46,496 nt of DNA from Verrucomicrobiota bacterium (lineage in GTDB: Bacteria; Verrucomicrobiota; Verrucomicrobiia; Chthoniobacterales; JAFAMB01): contig JAFAIO010000485.1 in NCBI GenBank assembly GCA_019236675.1, positions 1 through 46,496 on the forward strand. Reading direction: 5' to 3'. This document shows positions 28,880 through 37,329 of this stretch, one piece after another. The translations under genes and the position numbers were made by a program. The notes beneath the pieces were generated by a model. That model was not told the origin of the DNA. It was given only the letters and a program-made list of their open reading frames with translations, and did no database searches. Every line of letters starts with the position of its first letter. The stretch's first letter is position 1.

Positions 28880-29899
28880 ATGAGCACCTGCGCTAAATTG
28901 CAACGAGCCGAGATCAGGATAGCTGGCAAAACGGTCTATGTACCGTCGGCAGAGATATATGATCGGACGGTCGTAGTGACCGGTAACTGGTTGCGGATAG
29001 CAGCAGTTAAGGATGAGCAACTAGTACAAGGGGAGATAATCGGCGATCCCAAAGCGTTCGTCGCCAGGATGAGAAGGAGCCACTTGCGAGCGGACATCCT
29101 GACATTCGCGCAGAAGATACCGAATACCGAACCCAAATACCGCTACTGCTTGCAATGGGATAACTGGGCCGCCACGCCCACCACGAGCTTCAGCGATTGG
29201 TGGGAGAAGAGACTGCCGCAAGAGTCCAGAAAGAATGTCCGCCGAGCAGCGAAACGAGGAGTGATAGTCAAAGTTGTCCAATTCGATGACGAATTGGTCA
29301 AAGGCATTCAAAAGATCTATGATGAGACTCCGGTTCGCCAGGGGAGACGCTTCTGGCACTTTGGGAAAGACTTCGAAGCTGTTAAACGAGAAAACGCGAC
29401 CTACCTGGACCGGAGCGAGTTTCTTGGTGCCTACTTCAAAGACGAACTGATCGGTTTCGTTAAGATAGTATATGTTGATCGGATCGCCACTCTCATTCAA
29501 ATCCTGGCAATGAATGAGCACCAGGACAAGAGGCCAATAAACGCCCTCCTGGCGAAAGCGGTTGAGGTGTGTGAAAGCAAGGGTATTGCATGTTTGCTCT
29601 ACGGGAAATACATCTACGAAGGAAACGCAGACAGTGCGTTGACCGAGTTTAAGCGCCGGAACGGATTCGAAGAGATAACCTATCCTAGGTATTTCTTGCC
29701 GCTAAGCCTCAAAGGAAAGATTGCAATCGGGCTGGGGCTTCACAAGGGACTAAAGAGCTTGATTCCTTCATCGGCGATAAGCTATTTGAGACGTCTACGA
29801 TCACAATTCTATGATCGACGGTACGCTGGCAAGGAAAGTCATGAAGACGGCGGACCGTCTGCAGAACAGTCCGTCAGCGAAAAGAATTTGACCACCTAA
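28880..29899 (+). CDS. FemAB-like / GNAT (Acetyltransf_6-type) transferase (start ATG 28880)
   Basis: SRKNVRRAAKRGVIVK resembles the Fem RxxIRKAxKxGVxV motif; PINALLAKAVEVC and SALTEFKRRNGF resemble the Fem GLxxFKxxFG C-terminal motif. Confidence 0.72.
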   Translation: MSTCAKLQRAEIRIAGKTVYVPSAEIYDRTVVVTGNWLRIAAVKDEQLVQGEIIGDPKAFVARMRRSHLRADILTFAQKIPNTEPKYRYCLQWDNWAATPTTSFSDWWEKRLPQESRKNVRRAAKRGVIVKVVQFDDELVKGIQKIYDETPVRQGRRFWHFGKDFEAVKRENATYLDRSEFLGAYFKDELIGFVKIVYVDRIATLIQILAMNEHQDKRPINALLAKAVEVCESKGIACLLYGKYIYEGNADSALTEFKRRNGFEEITYPRYFLPLSLKGKIAIGLGLHKGLKSLIPSSAISYLRRLRSQFYDRRYAGKESHEDGGPSAEQSVSEKNLTT

Positions 29900-29928
29900 C
29901 CCAGATATTTTTAGTTAATTCCCTCAAA

Positions 29929-30003
29929 GCTGGTGTAGCTCAAAGGCAGAGCAGCTGAATCGTATTCAGCAGATGGAGTGTTCAAATCCTCCCGCCGGCT
30001 CCA
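29929..30003 (+). tRNA. tRNA-Thr(CGU), structurally atypical, CCA encoded
   Basis: Cloverleaf: acceptor GCTGGTG/CGCCGGC, T8-A9, D-arm GCTC-AAAGGCA-GAGC, anticodon arm GCTGA-ATCGTAT-TCAGC (anticodon CGT 29961-29963), variable AGAT, T-arm GGAG(T)G-TTCAAAT-CCTCC, discriminator T, CCA at 30001-30003. Confidence 0.9.
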
Positions 30004-30150
30004 ACCGAATCCCGGGCTGGTATGAAAAGGGTGCCGAAGGTACCGCAAGTTTTCGAACTAACTGAAGGAATTAACGTGCCACTTGGTAGGTGAGTAGAAC
30101 CGTGTGCGCTTCATTTTTCCGTTCGAGGTCCCTTGCCTATTCTCTGATTT

Positions 30151-32055
30151 ATGTGCGGTATAGCCGGGCAATTTAACTTTGGCAGCCAGGAACAGGTAGT
30201 AGAAGAGCGTGTCCGCCGAATGGCGCGCTCCATCGCGCACCGGGGTCCCGATGATGAGGGATACTTCTTTGATGATAATCTCGGACTAGGTTTCCGGCGG
30301 TTGTCCATCATCGATCTTTCGGGTGGTCATCAGCCTATGTCGGATGCCGAGGAAAGCGTCTGGGTCGTTTTTAATGGCGAAATCTACAATTACCAGGAGC
30401 TGAGGGCAGAGTTGGAGGCGAAGGGTCATCAGCTTCGCACTCGGTCTGACACGGAAGTGATCATCCACGGTTACAAGGAGTGGGGAACCGACGTGTTCAA
30501 CCATTTTAATGGCATGTTTGGTCTAGCCATCTGGGATGTCCGGAAGCGGCGGTTATTGGTCGCTAGGGACGCCATGGGTATAAAGCTAGTCTATTACCGT
30601 ATTTCTGGCGGGTGCCTGACATTCGGCTCGGAGATCCGGGCCGTGTTGGCTGCTGAGGATTCAACTCCGGAAGTCGACCCGGTGGCCCTCAATCTGTTTC
30701 TACGTTTCCGGTATGTGCCGTCGCCGCTTACTATGTTTCAAGGGATCCGCAAGCTGGCTCCCGGGACGATGCTCGTGGTCGAGAATGGCAGATGTAGCGA
30801 GCAGCGTTGGTACAACTGCACGCCTGTTCCTTTTGACAATCCCAAGCAGGACGCCGAGGCGGCTCGGGAATTATTGGACCTTTACAAGGGCGCCGTGCGT
30901 CGCCATCTCCTAAGCGACGTGCCGGTTGGCATTCTGCTGAGCGGCGGTCTCGATTCCGGGCTGCTACTAGCACTGATGAACGAGTATGGCGGGGAATGGC
31001 CAGCTTACACCGTCGGCTACGGCGAGACCTTTGCCGACGACGAACTCGCCGACGCAGCGGAGACCGCGCGGTTGTTAGGGGCAAAACACATTCCGGTGCA
31101 GTTGGACCGCGGAGAGTTTGAGCGATCGTTTCCGAAGATCGTGGATTTCCTGGAGGAGCCGGTCACGTCTTCGAGCGTCGTTCCGATGTATTTTGTGTGC
31201 CAGCGTGCGCGGCAGGATGTGAAGGTGGCTCTGATCGGGCAAGGACCGGACGAATTGTTCGGTGGCTACACTCGGCATCTCGGCGTGCATTACGGAAAAC
31301 ACTGGCGCGGCTTGCCCGGCGGCGTGCGTTCGATCTTGGGTGGTGCGGTCAATCGATTACCTCGCAATGAGGCGCTCAAGCGTGGAGTCCAGTCGCTCGG
31401 CACTGCGGATCGCTTGCAAAGGTATCACAGCGTATTTTCCCTGGCTCCGTTGGAGACGATTGACGGGCTGTTCAAGGATGACGTCCTTCCGCCGAGGCGT
31501 GGCCATGCCATCGTGGAATACTGGCGCGATCTTCTGCCTCAGATGGAGCACGCGGACGAACTGGGCGGCTTTCAAATGCTCGAAGTGCGGTCTTCGCTTC
31601 CGGACGAGCTGCTGATGTTCGGCGATAAAATGTCCATGGCGCATAGTATTGAAGTGCGGGTTCCCTACCTGGATCGCACGGTGGTCGAATTCGCGCAGCG
31701 CCTGGGAGCCCGTTTCATGATCCGCAATGGTGAGCGCAAGTGGCTGCACCGGCGAGTTTGCCGGAGCCTCCTGCCACCACAAATTCTGAAGCGAAAAAAG
31801 CGCGGCTTCGCGGTGAATGTTGTCGATGGCTGGTTCAACTCCACAGTTAGTGGCCGCCTGGCGGAGACGCTGCTCGATGAACAATCGCTGATGTATCGCT
31901 TGCTAAATCCCACCGGTGTACGCCGCCTGCTGAACGACCATCGCTCCAACCGCGCCGACAATCATAAGTTGCTGTTCAGCCTGGTGATGGTCGAGCAATG
32001 GCTGCGCGGATTGCGGCGAAATCAAGAGCACACAGTTCACGTCGGTGGAGCCTAA
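30151..32055 (+). CDS. asnB: Asparagine synthase (glutamine-hydrolysing) family amidotransferase
   Basis: MCGIAG with Ntn Cys, HRGPDDEG, RRLSIIDL, FNGEIYN, SDTEV, LLSGGLDSG, GQGPDELFGGY, EVRVPYLD, RKKRGF. Confidence 0.95.
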   Translation: MCGIAGQFNFGSQEQVVEERVRRMARSIAHRGPDDEGYFFDDNLGLGFRRLSIIDLSGGHQPMSDAEESVWVVFNGEIYNYQELRAELEAKGHQLRTRSDTEVIIHGYKEWGTDVFNHFNGMFGLAIWDVRKRRLLVARDAMGIKLVYYRISGGCLTFGSEIRAVLAAEDSTPEVDPVALNLFLRFRYVPSPLTMFQGIRKLAPGTMLVVENGRCSEQRWYNCTPVPFDNPKQDAEAARELLDLYKGAVRRHLLSDVPVGILLSGGLDSGLLLALMNEYGGEWPAYTVGYGETFADDELADAAETARLLGAKHIPVQLDRGEFERSFPKIVDFLEEPVTSSSVVPMYFVCQRARQDVKVALIGQGPDELFGGYTRHLGVHYGKHWRGLPGGVRSILGGAVNRLPRNEALKRGVQSLGTADRLQRYHSVFSLAPLETIDGLFKDDVLPPRRGHAIVEYWRDLLPQMEHADELGGFQMLEVRSSLPDELLMFGDKMSMAHSIEVRVPYLDRTVVEFAQRLGARFMIRNGERKWLHRRVCRSLLPPQILKRKKRGFAVNVVDGWFNSTVSGRLAETLLDEQSLMYRLLNPTGVRRLLNDHRSNRADNHKLLFSLVMVEQWLRGLRRNQEHTVHVGGA

Positions 32056-32106
32056 TTGGCTGACTTCCACCATTATGATTGACCCCTAGTTCGTGGAGTA
32101 GTTTGA

Positions 32107-32886
32107 ATGAATAATTCCGTCAAATGGAGAGATTTTTGGGAGGAGAATGCCGCCAAAAGCTGGTCTGATTATGAATATGACCACGGGAAGCTCCGGGAGC
32201 AGGAGATTGAAGATTTATCGAAGCGTGAACTTCTCGCCTTCATCGATCCTCAACCCGCAGATACTATATTAGACGTGGGCTGCGGAACGGGGAGCAATGA
32301 GTTGCTGCTGCACTCAAGGGTTAAGCGTGTGATTGGAATGGACTACACCACCGGCGCTCTTGATCGCTGCCGGCGGCATATTGAAACTTACAAAATAGAA
32401 AATGTGGAGTTAGTCCAGGGAGATGCCACCCAACTTCCGTCGCCCGACCATGCGGTCGATAAGGTTCTATGCATGAGCGTATTTCAATATTTGGACGATG
32501 CCGAAGTGCGAACTGCGCTTAAGGAATTTTCCCGAGTATTGAAGAGCGGCGGTACGCTTGTTCTACACGTGAAGAATAAGTCTTCCCTTTACCTTTCGAC
32601 GTTGTGCGCAGCCAAAAAACTCAAAATGTTTCTCAAGCGGCCAACGAAGTTAGAGCATATCCGTCCCTATCGTTGGTACATAGCCGAGCTAAAGGATGCG
32701 GGCTTCGAAGTCCTAGCTTACAACTCATTTAACATAATCATGATCGAGTTGATCCCCATTAAATGGCGTTTGTTCTTACAAAAATGGGAGCTGAAGCGGC
32801 ACAACAAATTTCCCTTGCGGATTGGCTTTCTGCGCCGGAGCGGAGCTGACCTCAAAATTAAAGCGCGCCCCCTCGCCAAACCGTGA
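32107..32886 (+). CDS. Class I SAM-dependent methyltransferase
   Basis: ILDVGCGTG, IGMDY, GDATQLP, DKVLCMSVFQY, RVLKSGG. Confidence 0.92.
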   Translation: MNNSVKWRDFWEENAAKSWSDYEYDHGKLREQEIEDLSKRELLAFIDPQPADTILDVGCGTGSNELLLHSRVKRVIGMDYTTGALDRCRRHIETYKIENVELVQGDATQLPSPDHAVDKVLCMSVFQYLDDAEVRTALKEFSRVLKSGGTLVLHVKNKSSLYLSTLCAAKKLKMFLKRPTKLEHIRPYRWYIAELKDAGFEVLAYNSFNIIMIELIPIKWRLFLQKWELKRHNKFPLRIGFLRRSGADLKIKARPLAKP

Positions 32887-32949
32887 TGGCTGGCCAAGGC
32901 GAGTCGATCACCTCCGGTTCATTCTAACTAATTATCAGAATCTAAGAAT

Positions 32950-34770
32950 ATGTCTGGGATTGCAGGAATCATTCGAAAAACACCACACGAAACGATTGAC
33001 TCCGATCTGCAGCTTATGGTCGAGGCGATGCGGAATGGAACACAATATACGGGGGGGCAGTACAAGGATCCCGAGCTCGGCCTATATGTGGGTTGGATGA
33101 ACCTTCAAGGATCGTTTGCTGATTGCATGCCCCTTGTCAGTCGTCAGAAGGACATCGTGCTGATTTTTCAGGGCGAGAGTTTTCTGGAGGATGAATCTCG
33201 ATCACGGTTGAAGCGCCTTGGCGGCGGCGACGATTCGAATGCTCGGTACCTGATGGAGCTTTACCAGGAATTTGGCGAGGAATTTTTTCTCCAACTGAAC
33301 GGCTGGTTTTCCGGTATCATCGCGGACCTTCGTAAAAGGCGGCTAACGCTTTTCAATGACCGATTTGGAATGGGCAGGATCTACATTCATGAAGGGAAGG
33401 ATGAGTTTATTTTTGGATCGCAGGCGAAATCGTTGCTGAAGATTCGTCCTGATCTGCGGAGCATTGAGGAAGAATCATTGGCAGAACATCTTCGGTACAA
33501 CTGTGTCACGAAGGCCAAGACTCTCTTTAAAGGTATCTCCTTGCTCCCGCCTGGCTCCTGCTGGGATTTTGAGGACAGCGTTCAGCCGAAACGGCGGAGT
33601 TACTTTCATTTCAGCGATTGGGAGAAACAGCCGACCCTTGAGCCCGAGCAATTTTACCAAGCGTTCTCTGAGACAGTTTCACGGGTATTTCCAAGCTACG
33701 CGCGGGGAGCGAATCCTGTGGCTTTTTCCCTCACCGCCGGTCTGGATACGCGAATGATTGCGGCCGCCCTTCAGGAGGGCAATCGATCGGTTCCTTGCTA
33801 CACATTTGGCGGACAGTGGGGGGAATTATTTGACGTCAGCGTTGCCCGGAAGATCGCCAAGGTTAACAACCAGCCATTCGAGGCGATTACCATCGATGGT
33901 CGCTTTCTCACAGGATTCCCGGAATTTGCGCGCAGGGCTATCTATCTTTCGGACGGGACCCACGACGCATTTGGAGCGCATGATGTCTACTTTAATGAAA
34001 CCGCGCGCAAGATCGCACCAATCCGGCTAACTGGGAAATTCGGCAGCGAAGTGGTCAGAATCAGAAGGCTCATGCCTTCGCTGATCTATCCATCCGGTCT
34101 GCTTCAGCCCAGCTTGACATCACTCGTGGAACGGCTGCCATCATACGCGGAGATTAATCCAAACAACCACCCCCTCACCAGAGTCGTCAGCCAAGAGATT
34201 CCGTGGCACGAATTCGGAAGGGTCGCTATCGAACAATCCGAGATCACACTGCGGACACCCTATATGGATAACGAACTTGTGAAACTGATGTACCAGGCTC
34301 CTCTGGCGGTTCGGACGGCCGGTACAGTGCAGGAACAGTACGTGAGGGACAAGAGTCGCGAGCTCGGCACTATTGCGACAAATATGGGCAAATTTGCCTC
34401 TGATAATCGGATGATAACAAAGCTCCTCTACGGAGCGGCGTGGGCCTTGTTCAAGGTTGAGTACATCTATCTCTTTGCGACGCCCCACTGGCTGACACGA
34501 GTTGATCGGACCCTGGCTAAACTAAGGCTGGAGAAAATTTTATCAGGACGGCAGAAGTGGGAGGGTTACCGGCTTTGGATTAAGACGCATTTTTCGGAGT
34601 TCATCCAGGGAATGTTGCTGAATCCACAAGCCAATTACACGCGACATTTTGAGAAGAAGACAGTGGAGCGGATGGTCAGAGGCCATGTCGCGGGAACGCA
34701 TAACTATTTGAACGAAATCAACCGCGCACTCAGCGTCGAATTGATTTATTCGACGTTGCTCAATTCATGA
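32950..34770 (+). CDS. AsnB-like amide ligase lacking the glutaminase cysteine
   Basis: MSGIAGI (Cys to Ser), LNGWFSG, NDRFG, SLTAGLDTR (variant PP-loop), LRTPYMDNELV. Confidence 0.85.
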   Translation: MSGIAGIIRKTPHETIDSDLQLMVEAMRNGTQYTGGQYKDPELGLYVGWMNLQGSFADCMPLVSRQKDIVLIFQGESFLEDESRSRLKRLGGGDDSNARYLMELYQEFGEEFFLQLNGWFSGIIADLRKRRLTLFNDRFGMGRIYIHEGKDEFIFGSQAKSLLKIRPDLRSIEEESLAEHLRYNCVTKAKTLFKGISLLPPGSCWDFEDSVQPKRRSYFHFSDWEKQPTLEPEQFYQAFSETVSRVFPSYARGANPVAFSLTAGLDTRMIAAALQEGNRSVPCYTFGGQWGELFDVSVARKIAKVNNQPFEAITIDGRFLTGFPEFARRAIYLSDGTHDAFGAHDVYFNETARKIAPIRLTGKFGSEVVRIRRLMPSLIYPSGLLQPSLTSLVERLPSYAEINPNNHPLTRVVSQEIPWHEFGRVAIEQSEITLRTPYMDNELVKLMYQAPLAVRTAGTVQEQYVRDKSRELGTIATNMGKFASDNRMITKLLYGAAWALFKVEYIYLFATPHWLTRVDRTLAKLRLEKILSGRQKWEGYRLWIKTHFSEFIQGMLLNPQANYTRHFEKKTVERMVRGHVAGTHNYLNEINRALSVELIYSTLLNS

Positions 34771-34882
34771 AATAGGATGTTGAGATCAAGGCTTAGTTAG
34801 TCGCACGCTCTCCATCGGATTCCCGAAAGCTTAATTTTAACCCGCCGTTTATCGGCGCGTCTGTGCACGTTTACTAAAGAAT

Positions 34883-34920
34883 ACTCCGACCGCTCGTCTT
34901 TCGGTCGGCGAGTTTCCCTT
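34883..34920 (+). terminator. Possible weak intrinsic terminator/pause hairpin inside the operon
   Basis: CCGACCG (34886-34892) / CGGTCGG (34902-34908) stem followed by AGTTTCCCTT in a 254-nt intergenic gap. Confidence 0.3.
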
Positions 34921-35024
34921 CTATAACTCTGGGCGGGTAGACCCCAATGCCCGGAGGCCATTTTCGCTTCCTCAAGCCGTTTAATTAAGAACTACCCTGT
35001 CCAACTAACAGTATAGCTAGCAAA

Positions 35025-35909
35025 ATGAACATCTTAATCATCAAGTTGAACGCGACTGGAGACGTCGTTCGGACCACTCCATTACTTCGCTGTTTGGAAG
35101 GTGAAATCACCTGGATAACGGCGGACAAAAATCTGGTGTTGCTTGATGGATTGACGAAGAACCTTCGCGGTTTGTCTTGGGAAGATCGTGCCGTGGCCAA
35201 GGATGTAGACTATGACCTTGTCATCAATCTGGAGGACGATGGTGAGGTGGCCGAATTCTGCAAGGACGTTAGTTACAAGCTACTATTTGGGGCATATCTG
35301 AATAAGCGAAACGAACTTGAATACACCAGCGACTCGCGACCTTGGTTTGATCTTAGTCTTATCAGCGTCTACGGCAGGGAGAAAGCCGACCAGCTTAAGC
35401 TGCAAAACCGGCGCACTTACCAAGAGCTGATTTTTGAGGGTTTAGGATTGCGGTTTGAGGGTCAGAAGTACTTACTGCCGGATGCGGTAAGCACTGATTG
35501 TTCCGGAGATATCGCCATCGCACCGGAAGCGGGTCCGGTTTGGCCGATGAAGAATTGGGCGTACTACGATGAACTGAAGCGGAAACTTGAAGCGGAAGGT
35601 TTGACGGTGAATATACTGCCGCGGAGAAAATCGTTGCTCGAGCATTTGGGTGACGTGCAGAATCATCGTTGCCTGGTTGGCGGTGACAGTCTGCCCATGC
35701 ATATGGCGCTTGGCAGTCAAACCCGCTGTGTAAGCATTTTCAACTGCACAAGCCCGTGGGAGATTTATGAGTACGGAATTCAAACGAAGATCGTATCTCC
35801 GCTTCTATCCCAATATTTTTACCGACGCGACTTTGATTCCCGCGCTACCACGGCAATTGGTGTTGAAGAGGTGTTCGGAGCTGTGCTTAGCCAACTGAGC
35901 GGCAGCTAA
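35025..35909 (+). CDS. Glycosyltransferase family 9 (heptosyltransferase-like)
   Basis: ILIIKLNATGDVVRTTPLL, YDLVINL, WPMKNW, VGGDSLPMHMALG. Confidence 0.9.
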   Translation: MNILIIKLNATGDVVRTTPLLRCLEGEITWITADKNLVLLDGLTKNLRGLSWEDRAVAKDVDYDLVINLEDDGEVAEFCKDVSYKLLFGAYLNKRNELEYTSDSRPWFDLSLISVYGREKADQLKLQNRRTYQELIFEGLGLRFEGQKYLLPDAVSTDCSGDIAIAPEAGPVWPMKNWAYYDELKRKLEAEGLTVNILPRRKSLLEHLGDVQNHRCLVGGDSLPMHMALGSQTRCVSIFNCTSPWEIYEYGIQTKIVSPLLSQYFYRRDFDSRATTAIGVEEVFGAVLSQLSGS

Positions 35910-35933
35910 AAGACTGAGCCTAACTGAAGCAAA

Positions 35934-35967
35934 AGAGTGGCGCGACTTTGGAAAGTCGCGCCACTCT
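35934..35967. terminator. Perfect intergenic hairpin; U-tract only on the minus strand
   Basis: AGAGTGGCGCGACTTT-GG-AAAGTCGCGCCACTCT, 16-bp perfect IR, preceded by an A run on the plus strand. Confidence 0.6.
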
Positions 35968-35987
35968 GAAACTCACAAGCCATTAAG

Positions 35988-37316
35988 ATGCAAACAGCGA
36001 GCCAAGGAGGATCCGAGAGCGAGACCCAAGTGCAGGCTGGGTCCGATCTGGCAGGGCTGGGCAAACAAGATCGATTGTCTGCGGGCGGTGGGCTGCGTTC
36101 CGTCGGCCTCCCTAGCGAGAAGGGATCCACCTTGCTGGATGCTAACCGCCGCGTGGCCGTTCTAACTGGCGGAGGTGACAGGCCCTACGCGCTTGGACTA
36201 GCATCGGCTCTGATCGACGAGGGAGTAGGGTTGGACTTTATCGGGAGCGATGAACTGGATGACCCCTCGCTGCATCGTAGTCCGTTGGTTCGCTTCCTGA
36301 ATCTGCGTAAGGAGATGCGCGCAAACGTCTCTGCAGTTAGGAAAGTCGTGCGCGTGCTGCTTTACTATTTGCGTCTGGCTTTTTATTCCGCCACGGCTAA
36401 GCCGAAATTGTTTCACCTGCTCTGGAACAACAAGTTCGCGGTTTTCGATCGCACACTGCTAATGCTCTACTATCGCGTTCTCGGTAAGCAAGTGCTTCTC
36501 ACAGTTCACAACGTGAATGCAGGTTGGCGTGACGGGCGCGACACCCCTCTTAACCGGCTGACCCTGAAGATCCAGTATCAGCTTTGTAATCATCTTTTCG
36601 TTCATACGGAGCAGATGAGAAATGAACTCCGAAGCAGCTTTGCGGTGGCGGACACCAAGATCAGCGTTATTCCGTTCGGAATCAACAGCACGGTGCCGAA
36701 AACCAACCTGACGCCCGTGGCTGCCAGACACCGACTAGGACTAAGTTGCCGGCAAAAGGTTGTGCTCTTCTTCGGTAATATCGCACCCTACAAGGGGCTG
36801 GAGTACCTGGTTGAAGCGATGGCGTTGCTGGTAGCAAAAGAAGCAGACTACCGCCTGGTTATTGCAGGACAACCAAAGGGCTGCGCCTCCTATTGGAACG
36901 AAATTCAGCGCCGGATTTCTTCTCCCGATCTTCAGCCTTACGTGGTCGAGCGCATCGAGTATGTGCCGGATGCAGCCACAGAAATCTACTTCAAAGCGGC
37001 TGATGTTCTGGTATTGCCTTATACCTACATTTTCCAGAGCGGGGTCCTGTTTCTTGGTTATAACTTCGGTTTACCTGCTATTGCTGCAGATGTCGGTTCT
37101 CTCAAAGAAGACATTGTCGAGGGACGAACCGGTTTTGTGTGCCGGCCGCGCGATCCAATCGGGCTGGCCAAAAGTATCGAAAACTACTTCTCCAGCGAGC
37201 TCTTTCACCGATTGGACACCACTCGTAGCCAGATCGTGGACTTCGCCGCCGACAAGTACTCGTGGAAGAGAGTCGGTGAAATCACCCGGGCCGTGTATGC
37301 GAATCTGCTTTCCTGA
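35988..37316 (+). CDS. Glycosyltransferase family 4 (true start may be downstream)
   Basis: LTVHNV, LFFGNIAPYKGLEYL, ADVLVLPY, QSGVLFL, DVGSLKEDI. Confidence 0.92.
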   Translation: MQTASQGGSESETQVQAGSDLAGLGKQDRLSAGGGLRSVGLPSEKGSTLLDANRRVAVLTGGGDRPYALGLASALIDEGVGLDFIGSDELDDPSLHRSPLVRFLNLRKEMRANVSAVRKVVRVLLYYLRLAFYSATAKPKLFHLLWNNKFAVFDRTLLMLYYRVLGKQVLLTVHNVNAGWRDGRDTPLNRLTLKIQYQLCNHLFVHTEQMRNELRSSFAVADTKISVIPFGINSTVPKTNLTPVAARHRLGLSCRQKVVLFFGNIAPYKGLEYLVEAMALLVAKEADYRLVIAGQPKGCASYWNEIQRRISSPDLQPYVVERIEYVPDAATEIYFKAADVLVLPYTYIFQSGVLFLGYNFGLPAIAADVGSLKEDIVEGRTGFVCRPRDPIGLAKSIENYFSSELFHRLDTTRSQIVDFAADKYSWKRVGEITRAVYANLLS

Positions 37317-37329
37317 CGTGGCTGATTGC

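Noticed and set aside
29929-30003. tRNA as an integration (att) site of a genomic island
   Set aside because: No integrase in the window, no duplicate of the tRNA 3' end noticed, and both flanks belong to the same co-oriented pathway. Not excluded beyond the window.
30076-30140. Possible second degenerate tRNA (GTTCGAGGTCCC resembles a T-loop)
   Set aside because: No acceptor, D or anticodon stems could be formed and there is no CCA.
34931-34945. ops-like GGCGGGTAG (also GCGGGTAGC near 13715)
   Set aside because: Neither matches GGCGGTAG exactly. The 13715 instance is explained by the AGS codons of the acetyltransferase relic, and neither lies in the operon leader.
36862-37329. N-terminal 156 aa of the 603-aa ORF
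   Set aside because: Overlaps the GT4 gene in another frame; the signal peptide and domain begin at 37330. Similar spurious extensions affect the ORF calls at 11425, 13738, 19977, 21079, 28661 and 43095.
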